Source: Scyliorhinus canicula
Lineage: Eukaryota
Assembly (NCBI RefSeq): GCF_902713615.1
Contig: NC_052158.1
Coordinates: forward strand, 17,914,546 to 17,978,545
Length of the DNA stretch: 64,000 bases
Direction of reading: 5' to 3'
Shown here: piece after piece, positions 54,550-64,000 of the stretch
How the letters are laid out: every line of letters starts with the position of its first letter
Position numbering within the stretch: the first letter of the stretch is position 1
Notes under the pieces: model-generated
What the model was told of the DNA's origin: nothing
The model's input: only the letters and a program-made list of their open reading frames with translations
The model's database searches: none
Program-made: the position numbers and the translations under genes

Positions 54550-55573
54550 GTTTATTTCGGGGTGTTGCCATTTAGGGTAGGTGGGGATAGGTTTAGGTAT
54601 CTGGGGGTCCAGGTGACAGGGGAGTGGGCAACACTGCATAAGTGGAACTTAACAAAGTTGGTGGAGGAGATAAAGGAGGACTTTAGGGTGTGGGATACAC
54701 AGCGCCTGATGCTGGAGGGAAAGGTCCAAGTGGTTAAGGTGAATGTCTTGCCAAGGTTTTTATTTGGATTTCAGATGCTTCCGATTTTTATTCCGAAGGC
54801 CTTGTTCCAGAGTTTGGTCAATGTAATTTGGGAGTTTATTTGGGCGGGGAAGGTGCCAAGGGTGAAGTGGGCCCTGATACAGAGGCAGGGAGAGAAAGGG
54901 GACTTGGCGTTACCGAACCTGCTGTACTATTATTGGGTGGTGAATGTGGAGAAAGTGAGGTGATAGTGGGAGGGAGAGAGGCCGGAATGGGTTAGGATGG
55001 AGGAGGAGTCCTGTAGGGGGCCCAGCTTCAGGGCCATGGTAACGGTGGCACTACCGTTGTCACCGAGGGGATATACGGAGAGCCCGGGTGTACAGTCCAC
55101 GGTTAGGGTGTGGAACCAGCTGAGGAGACACTTTAGGATGGAGGGGATGTCGGTGCTAATACTGTTGTGTGTGAACCACGGATTCAAACCGGGGGAGACG
55201 GATGGCATATACAGGAGGTGGAGAGAGGTGGGTTTGATGAGGGCCATGGATTTATATTTGGAGGAGAGGTTCGCCAGTCTGGAAGAGCTGCGGGAGAGGT
55301 GAGAGCTCCCGAGGGGGGAGTGATTTTAGGTATTTCCAAGTGAGGGTCTTTGCACGGAAGGTGTGGAAAGGGTTCCCCAGGCTGCCGAAGTCGCCCTATT
55401 GGAACGGCTGCTGCTTCCGGACATGGAGGAGGAGGGTAGGATTGGGGACATATTGGGAGAGCAGGGAGAATGCACATGGTGAGGATTAAGGAGAAATGAG
55501 AGGGGGAGTTCGAGGGGAGATAGGGGAGTGGGGAATGAGGCACTGGGCGGGGTGCATTTGACCTCTTGTGCGT
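54550..55573 (+). mobile_element. L1 fragment, paralogous copy in spacer 4 (3' end inverted at about 57018-57215)
   Basis: Colinear with 11502-12527; ORF 54415-54963. Confidence 0.85.
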
Positions 55574-56186
55574 TAATGAGTTACAGACTGGAATCTAATC
55601 GAGGGGTTGAGATGGTTTATATATAGAATAATGGATACCTGGGAGTGAGTTACAGACTGGAAACTAATCGAGGGGTTCAGATGGTTTATATATAGAATAA
55701 TGGATACCTGGGAGTGAGTTACAGACTGGAATCTAATCGAGGGGTTCAGATGGTTTATATATAGAATAATGGATACCTGGGAGTGAGTTACAGACTGGAA
55801 TCTAATCGAGGGGTTCAGATGGTTTATATATAGAATAGTGGACAGCACGGCATCACAGTGGTTAGCACTGTTGCCACACAGTTCCAGAGTCCCAAGTTCA
55901 ATTCCCGGCTTGGGCCACTGTCTGTGTGGAGTCTGCATGATCTCCCCGTGTCTGCGTGGGTTTCCTCCGGGTGCTGTTAGGTAATCTGGACATCCTGAAT
56001 TCTCCCTCTGTATACCCGAACAGGCACCGGAATGTGGCGACCCGGGGCTTTTCACAGTAACTTCATTGCAGTGTTAATGTAAGCCTACTTGTGACAATAA
56101 GAAACATTATTATTATTATATTTATGGCCTCACTCAATCTGGTCAACTGAAAGGCAGCTGACAGCTGACAGTCATTCACAGCACTG

Positions 56187-56201
56187 CCAGCAGATGGCGT
56201 C
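56187..56201 (+). promoter_or_regulatory. CTCF-like motif, spacer 4
   Basis: CCAGCAGATGGCGTC. Confidence 0.5.
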
Positions 56202-56452
56202 GCTGCTCCATGTAAAGCCCTTCCAGCCAACATGGGGAAAGTGTGGGCAGGATGAGAGAGATCAAGGGGGGGATTTCGGGAAGCGCTTCTTCACACAAAG
56301 GTGATAAAACCAAGGTGAGTAATGTGGTTCAGATACAGACCAGCTGTGAGCTAACTGAATTGTGGATCAGCATTGAGGGACCTAATACCCAACACCTTTT
56401 GTAAAATTATCCACTTTGACATGAGGATCTCAGGATATTTTAAAAAGATGAG

Positions 56453-56961
56453 GGGCGCGATTCTCCGCTGCCCACGATGGGTCGGAGAATAGTGGGAGGG
56501 CCTTCCCGACAATTTTCAAGGCCTTCCGCTATTCTCCCCCCCCCCCCCCTTCCTGCCGCGCCCCAACACGAATTGCTGCTCGCCGTTTTTTACTGCGAAC
56601 AGCGGGTCCGATGCCCGCGCACTATTTGTTCTTCCCCCGCGCCGCAGGATCTGTCCGCGGGGTGGCTGAGGGGCATGACGACCCGCGCATGCGCGGGTTT
56701 GACGCGTCTGCGTGATGACGTCATCCGCGCATGCGCGGGTTGGAGCCGTCCAACCTGCGCATGTGCGGCTGACGTCATCGTGCGCGTCAGCCGCCGTGAC
56801 TCTTGCCAGGCGGAGTTAGCGACGTTCGCTAACTCTGCATCGCCGTGATTCCCCCAGCCCCGATACTAGCCCCGCCCGGGGGGGAGAATCGGGTCCCGGG
56901 ACGGAGCGCCGAGGCTGATGTGAAACTTCATGGCATGCCGGATTTGCGGAGAATCGTACCC
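56453..56961. mobile_element. Related GC-rich Harbinger-type MITE, spacer 4 only
   Basis: TIR GGGCGCGATTCTCCGC / GCGGAGAATCGTACCC; 3-bp TSD GAG; empty site at about 13505. Confidence 0.85.
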
Positions 56962-57945
56962 GAGAGACTTGTAAATATTGGGAGACGGAAGGATTTGTGT
57001 ATCCATGAAGCAGAGAACGTTTATTTTAATGTATTTTATTCCAAATAAATTCAATAATGGAAAAACAAGCAACCTGGGGAACATTCCCCCAGCACACAAT
57101 GTTACAATCTGTACAAATGTTTCCATTTTACACATTCCACCCCCCTCGTGATGAACAATTCCTCAAACGTGGCCACCGACGATCCCCACCGTTTGGGGAT
57201 CAGAATCCCCTCAGATATGGGAGTCACTGAGGAATCCAATAGGGAATTCAGGAGAAACATCTTTACCCAGAGCGGGATTAGAATGAGGAGGTCACTGCCG
57301 TTCACTGGGAACAGGGCAGGGGACTGGGGTAAAATAGAGGGAGTGGGTCCTTGCCACCAGTTCAGTGCTGGACTCACTCTGACTGGGTTTGGGGATGGAT
57401 ACGAGGCCCTTGTTTCAGGTGAAGCAACATTTTAAAGTCTGGGCTCGATGGCAGCATTTACACTCACAGTGACTCCCAGTGGGAGTCAATGGAAAGGGAT
57501 ATTGTCCAGAGTGTTCAACAAGAGGCTGATTCACTGTCTCCCATTGAGTGCTGCCACCCCAGTCGAATATCCTATTAATGAGCATCACTGTCTCAGTAAC
57601 ATGTCTTGTGAGATGATCACAAACTGTGGGTGAGGCAATAGCAGAATCAGCTTCACGATTTGTTCAAACTAACAGAAGATTAACAAGCGGATGGAGCAGG
57701 AACTGAACAAGAATTTAAAGATGTTATTGGGCAGTCAATGTCCCAGCTCCTGATGTCTAAATGTGATCTGGTGGCTGACAGAGCCTGTCCCTTCATCACT
57801 CTCCAGTAAATTGAAGCACTCCCCAGGTAGGGGGGTGGTGTATGTGTGTGTCTGTGTCAGGGTCTGTCTGTCTCTGTGTGGGAGGGTCTGTGTGTGTGAG
57901 GGTCTCTGACTGGGACTGGAGACTCCCCTCAGGACAGTTTCCAGC

Positions 57946-58541
57946 TGAAGTGGGAAATGGGCAGAAGGGTACTTGGCACACAAGATGGCTGCCTGACACA
58001 CAAGATGGCGACACATAGAATAAAGCAGACATAACTGATACCTGGAGCCCAGCGGGATGCCAGTGGGACAGATAGGAACAGATCCAGGACAAAGGGAGCC
58101 AGACAGGAAGATTTAAAAATACATAAATGCAGGACACCACTTGAATAAAGCTGACTTCAGCCAAGGTGTACACAATGATATGCTAATACAAATATCTTGG
58201 GCCATTTCCTAAAACAAAGGGACAATCGATACTGCTTTCCTGCTGCTACCTGTAGCCTGTAAAATCTCTTTAACTATAACCATGTGGAAATGGCAAAACG
58301 CTTACAAATAGCGATGTACAATGTATAAAATGTTTAAAGATAACAAGGTGATAATTGTTTTGTATCTGGGCTCATTGTGAACCCAAAGTATAAAATGAAT
58401 GACGGCCATTCAAACCATGTGAAAAGTTGGCTACCGTACCGCGGGGTACGGACGCTTTCTCCCGAAGCTTTGTGTAACAATAAACTGCACTGATTGAACA
58501 CAGCAAGTCTGACTCCCGAAGTGGTTGATTTCCCCACAACA
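57946..58541 (+). repeat. ERV 5' LTR
   Basis: TGAAGTGGGAAAT...ATTTCCCCACAACA; two YY1-like CAAGATGGC (57981, 58001); TATAAAA near 58389; AATAAA at 58479. Confidence 0.88.
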
Positions 58542-58544
58542 TAT

Positions 58545-58562
58545 TGGCGTAGTCGGCAGGAT
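58545..58562 (+). promoter_or_regulatory. Primer-binding site, tRNA-Ser(AGA/TGA)
   Basis: TGGCGTAGTCGGCAGGAT is the 18-nt complement of the vertebrate tRNA-Ser 3' end (ATCCTGCCGACTACGCCA). A splice donor TG|GTAAGT follows at 58573. Confidence 0.85.
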
Positions 58563-59225
58563 CTTACTTCTGGTAAGTTCCGATCGAAGGCCTCGATCGA
58601 AAAGTCAGGTTAAAGATAATTTCGAATCTGCAGGAGTCAGACAGGTCAAAAGGTGCAGTTTAAACTAAGGTACCTATAGTGATCAGCATAGTGATATCAG
58701 TCTTGCCTATATAGTGACATGATAATAGATAAAGTTTGGTACTAACTGCTGATAGTATTCAGGATTTGTGGCTTGTGCTGATCAACAAACAGACAAGGTT
58801 GTGCTGCCCAAAATGCCCAGCCTTAGACTGGCTGTCAAGAGGAGGAATGTCCCACGCCAAGGTCAGGATTTGAAGTGGGTATTGAGGCACCAAAGGCACT
58901 AAGGATTGTGAAGCACAAGTGGCAGAAATCGGCTAACCCTGAACTCTGTAGTGGCGAACAAACGCAGAGTTCTTGTATGAAAATAGAGCATAGGTTGGGT
59001 ACTGGGCTGTCAAATATCTTATTAGCGGAGCGGAAAAGGAGCTGATCAACTCTGACCTAGTGCCGAACTCCGGTGGAGAAGCACGTTGCCGAGGTGGTAA
59101 TAGTGGACACCGTGAGTATAAGTCAAACCCTGAGAAGACGGTAGCAATAACGCGGTGCTGGAATAGTAATAGTGGCTGGGGGGTAGTGAAGTCCCTTCAG
59201 TAGAGAGCACACTTTACTCATAGTA

Positions 59226-59261
<36 letters not shown>

Positions 59262-59969
59262 ATTGAAGTCTGCGAGATGGCGGGCAATGATATAAAAAGG
59301 GGATCTGCAGGTTCTCTTATCGAGACATATATGACAGACAGACAAGCGTTGATAAAAAAGATGAAGCAGGACGGCTGGGACACTTCCCAGACCTTAGAAC
59401 AACAGAGGGGTTGGATAGACAAAGAGAAGAGAAACAAGACTAAAAGATAGGGATAATGTTAGTACATCACTTAGCAGGACTAATTGAACAAGTAGGCACC
59501 TCTACTGAAAAGTGGAAGGAAGACAAAGAGAAGATCAGGGAATTATAGTAAGGGAACTGGAGAAACACAATCACGTGTTGAGAGAACAACAAGGGAGGGG
59601 GGAAACTGATCCCCTACCCCCTTACGAGCCCACACAGCAGGGGCTAACCGCCCCTCCGGCAGGGTGGGGTGCGTTAGAATACAATTTAGTGCCAGTAACA
59701 CGAGGGGGAACAGATGCGCAGCCAAAAGCAAATTATAAACCCTTTACCCCAGGTGAGAGGCTGCAGGTAATGGCTTCCCTGGGAAAATTACAACCTAGAA
59801 ATGCAAACACCAAATTCTGGGACGAATTAGACACAATCTGGGTAGGCCATTGTAGCAATGAGGGAGGATTCTATTCCGCAGTAGTGACACAGGACCATGG
59901 CGACAAGAGGAGACCCATAGGGTACTATCCGACTGCAGAGGGACCGACAGTCACCGGGTTGCCAAGTTG

Positions 59970-61155
59970 ATGTGGTGTATATGGATTTCAGTAAAGCGTT
60001 TGATAAGGTTCCCCATGGTCGGCTATTGCAGAAAATACGGAGGCTGGGGATTGAGGAGATTTAGAGATGTGGATCAGAAATTGGCTAGTTGAAAGAAGAC
60101 AGAGAGTGGTGGTTGATGGGAAATGTTCAGAATGGAGTTCAGTTACGAGTGGCGTACCACAAGGATCTGTTCTGGGGCCGTTGCTGTTTGTCAATTTTAT
60201 AAATGACCTAGAGGAGGGCGCAGAAGGATGGGTGAGTAAATTTGCAGACGACACTAAAGTCGGTGGAGTTGTAGACAGTGCGGAAGGATGTTGCAGGTTA
60301 CAGAGGGACATAGATAAGCTGCAGAGCTGGGCTGAGAGGTGGCAAATGGAGTTTAACGTGGAGAAGTGTGAGGTGATTCACTTTGGAAAGAATAACAGGA
60401 ATGCGGAATATTTGGCTAATGGTAAAATTCTTGGTAGTGTGGATGAGCAGAGGGATCTCGGTGTCCATGTACATAGATCCCTGAAAGTTGCCACCCAGGT
60501 TGATAGGGTTGTGAAGAAGGCCTATGGTGTGTTGGCCTTTATTGGTAGAGGGATTGAGTTCCGGAGCCATGAGGTCATGTTGCAGTTGTACAAAACTCTG
60601 GTACGGCTGCATTTGGAGCATTGTGTACAGTTCTGGTCGCCTCATTATAGGAAGGACGTGGAAGCTTTGGAACGGGTGCAGAGGAGATTTACCAGGATGT
60701 TGCCTGGTATGGAGGGAAAATCTTATGAGGAAAGGCTGATGGACTTGATGTTGTTTTCGTTAGAGAGAAGAAGGTTAAGAGGTGACTTAATAGAGGCATA
60801 CAAAATGATCAGAGGGTTAGATAGGGTGGACAGCGAGAGCCTTCTCCCGTGGATGGAGGTGGCTAGCACGAGGGGACATAGCCTTAAATTGAGGGGTAAT
60901 AGATATAGGACAGACGTCAGAGGTGGGTTTTTTACGCAAAGAGTGGTGAGGCCGTGGAATGCCCTACCTGCAACAGTAGTGAACTCGCCTTCATTGAAGG
61001 CATTTAAAAGTTTATTGGATAAGCATATGGATGATAATGGCATAGTGTAGGTTAGATGGCCTTTAGTTTTTTTTTGGGTTTTTTTTACTTTCCATGTCGG
61101 TGCAACATCGAGGGCCGAAGGGCCTGTACTGCGCTGTATCGTTCTATGTTCTATG
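59970..61155 (+). mobile_element. 5'-truncated CR1 (HER1-like) LINE inserted into the ERV pol region
   Basis: ORF 60067-61050 is closely similar to ORF 22-1047; (GTTCTAT)n tail; removing it rejoins ERV codons CCA AGT TG|C ATA GCC. Confidence 0.95.
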
Positions 61156-62678
61156 CATAGCCGCTTTAGATTGTGCCGCCTGGGCCGTAAGAATTAGCGA
61201 AGCAGTAGTGATGGCAGGGAACACAATCCTCCAGACCAAGCACACCTTGGTGGAAACGTTAAATACGGGGAAAGTGAGGCCAGTCTCGAACATAAGGAGG
61301 GCCAAGTGGGAAGCTGTCCTCCTACCCCCAAGCAAGTCCGTAGTAATAGTAAGAGATATAGGGGAGAATCCAGCAGAAGGGATTTTAGATACAGGAGAGC
61401 CACACACCTGTGGAGATGTAGGCAGAGATGAAGGCGAAGGTAGAATAAAAGACACACCATTAACAACAGCTGAGGAGACCCTCTTTGTAGATGGGTCACG
61501 AAAATATGTGGAAGGATCACCCCAGACAGAGTGGGCAGTAGTGAATGATAAGTTAGAAACCATAAGGTCAGGAAGGATTGACGGAGGTCAATCTGCGCAA
61601 GTAGCTGAACTAGTGGCGCTCACACAGGCACTAGAGTTATCTGAGGGAACAACCGTGAACATATACACGGATAGCCGATATGCATTTGGAATTAGACATG
61701 ATTACATGACAACATGGGGAAGGAGAGGGTTCATAACCACGGGCGGAACCCCTATCAAACATCAGCAAAGAATTAAGGCGCTACTTAACAGCCAGTGAGA
61801 AACCCCGAGAAGCCACCGTAATCAAAATTAAAGCGCACCAGAAGGAGCCAGGAAGAGACAACCCGGATTGGTTGAATTTCAAAGGAAACCAAGCGGCTGA
61901 TGCAGCAGCACAACTGGCTCTAGAACAAAAACCAATTGGCGAGCTACCAATAGCAGCTACAGAACCAGTAGAAGAAGATACAGATATTAGGGAATTACAG
62001 GAGAACACCCCAAGTGAGGAGAGAGAGAGATGGGAAGCGCAGGGTGCAGCCAAAGGGGCTGATAATGTTTGGAGACGAGAGGATAAGGTGATAGCACCGG
62101 AATGCCCTATTGGAATTACACCATGGGCTCTCGCATGTGGGTAGAGAGGCCATGATAACCAGCTTAGGTAGAGAATGGTGGTGGAAAGCGATGGGAAGAG
62201 ACATAGCCAGACACTGTCACCGATGCGTGATATGTGCGCAACACAACCCTGGTAAACCCATAAAAATTAAAATGGGACACCAGCCCAGACCCAAGGGTCC
62301 CTGGGAACACCTGCAAATGGATTTCACAGGGCCACTACCACAATCCCATGGAAAAACGTATTGTCTGGTCATCATAGACCAATTCACCCAGTGGGTAGAA
62401 GCATTCCCTACCAGACGTTGTACTGCTACCACGGTAGCCAGAATATTGGCAGAGGAAGTAATCCCTAGATGGGGAGTACCCCAACAAATTGATTCGGACC
62501 AGGGGACACACTTCACTGGGAAAGTGATAAAAACAGTATGTAAGCTGATGGGGATAAAACAAAAATTCCATATCCCCTATCATCCACAGAGTTCAGGGAT
62601 GGTGGAACGTATGAATAGAACACTTAAGAATACATTAGCTACCAGGAGGGGGGGATTGGGGATTGGGATTATGGCTCA

Positions 62679-63368
62679 ACAAAGGGAGCCATACAGGAAG
62701 ATTAAGAAATACATAAATGCAGGACACGACTTGAATAAAGCTGACTTCAGCCAAGGTGTACACAATGATATGCTAATACGAATATCTTGGGCCATTTCCT
62801 AAAACAAAGGGACAATCGATACTGCTTTCTTGCTGCTACCTGTAACCTGTAAAATCTCTTTAACTATAACTATATGTAAATGGCAAAACGCTTACAAATA
62901 GCGATGTACAATCTATAAAATGTTTAAAGATAACAAGGTGATAATTGTTTTGTATCTGGGCTCATTGTAAATCCTCTTTAACTATAACCATGTGTAAATG
63001 GCAAAACACTTACAAATAGCGATGTACAATGGATAAAATGTTTAAAGATAACAAGGTGATAATTGTTTTGTATCTGGGCTCATTGTAAATCCTCTTTAAC
63101 TATAACCATGTGTAAATGGCAAAACACTTACAAATAGCGATGTACAGTGTATAAAATGTTTAAAGATAACAAGGTGATAATTGTTTTATATCTGGGCTCA
63201 TTGTGAACCCAAAGTATAAAATGAATGACGGCCATTCAAACCATGTGAAAAGTTGGCTACCGAACCGCGGGGTACGTACGCTTTCTCCCGAAGCTTTGTG
63301 TAACAATAAACTGCACTGATTGAACACAGCAAGTCTGACTCCCGAAGTGGTTGATTTTCACCACATCA
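62679..63368 (+). repeat. ERV 3' LTR with a 118-bp unit triplicated
   Basis: Homologous to 58089-58541; units 62849-62966, 62967-63084, 63085-63202; polypurine run AGGAGGGGGGGA at about 62644. Confidence 0.88.
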
Positions 63369-63372
63369 CAGC

Positions 63373-64000
63373 ACAAACACTTTAATTCAGTCAGAGGCAA
63401 CAACAAATTACATTTATATAGCGCCTTCAATGCAGTAAAACATCCAAAGGGACTCGACAGCAGCGTCAATCAGACAACAATATTTGAGACTGAATCTGTT
63501 CTTCTCCCCAAAGGCAGAGAATGTGCAGCATCTGAGAAATGAGCAGCTCCAACACACCATTGTCCCTGTTCACTCCAGTTACAGAAACTCTGCACCAACT
63601 TTCCATCTTCCTGTCCAGAAGCTGATCAGAGAGGTTCCGGCAGGATTGAGGGGGGAAAGATGGGCCCGGATTTAGGAGGGAGAGAGACTCTCCAGGAATT
63701 TGGAGAAGGGGGAGGTTGGAAATGGGGGTGGACATGTTCAAAAAGATGTTTTTTGTCAGAATGAGGGTCAGATGGTGACAGGATGGAGAGAGGATAAGGA
63801 GGGGCTCAGGGATGAGATGGATTTGGAAAGGACTTGGGGGGGGGGGGGGGGGGGAGGGAGAGGAGAGAAACTAGAGAAAGATGTGGGGGTGAAGGGGGGA
63901 TGTTTGGTCAGTGGGTTGGGGGGCAGGAGGTTAGTAACAGAAACAGCTGTAAGGATGGTCTGGATTGTAACTAAGAAAGCCATTGCTGAGTTCCTCACAC
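63373..64000 (+). other. Upstream region of a probable fifth TRIM copy (ATG predicted near 64270, outside the window)
   Basis: Colinear with 14542-15170, which ends about 270 nt before the copy-2 ATG. Confidence 0.75.

Larger units (their letters stand above)
57946..63368 (+). mobile_element. Endogenous retrovirus (class I, gamma/epsilon-like), internally deleted and defective
   Basis: TG...CA termini, 4-bp TSD CAGC (57942-45 and 63369-72; empty site at 14538), 5' LTR 57946-58541, PBS 58545-58562, gag remnant from about 59277, RNase H (LFVDGS, SAQVAELVAL, IYTDSRYAFG), integrase (HH-CC, WEHLQMDF, DSDQGTHF, PQSSGMVERMN), 3' LTR about 62679-63368. No protease, RT or env. Confidence 0.92.

Noticed and set aside
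59229-59260. Long poly-G/C runs (also 8472-8499, 44139-44153, 63836-63854)
   Set aside because: Homopolymer lengths are unreliable and vary between paralogues; no functional claim can be supported.

Overview
Eukaryotic vertebrate DNA, most likely a cartilaginous fish (shark): it carries HE1/V-SINE-like SINEs sharing a 3' tail with CR1/HER1-like LINEs (taxon is inference). The window is a head-to-tail tandem array of four complete, apparently intact six-exon RING-B-box-coiled-coil-PRY/SPRY (B30.2) TRIM genes on the + strand (ATGs at 1462, 15443, 33313, 44395), plus the upstream region of a probable fifth copy just beyond the right edge. The N-terminal halves are nearly identical, while the B30.2 ligand-binding loops are hypervariable. 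Three promoters carry a perfect IRF/ISRE element about 50 bp upstream of the ATG; it is doubly mutated in copy 4. Each spacer has one CTCF-like motif, whose orientation is flipped in spacer 3 by an inversion that can be reconstructed from a split L1 target-site duplication. The units are mosaic and carry copy-specific insertions: CR1, L1, L2, SINEs, two Harbinger-type MITEs, a solo LTR, a DD35D pogo/Passer-like transposon, and an internally deleted class-I-like ERV with a tRNA-Ser PBS and asymmetric LTRs about 0.9 kb upstream of the predicted fifth gene. Overall this looks like an interferon-responsive, rapidly diversifying TRIM restriction-factor locus; function is inferred, not shown. No CRISPR array or true RNA gene was seen. 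All alignments were done by eye.
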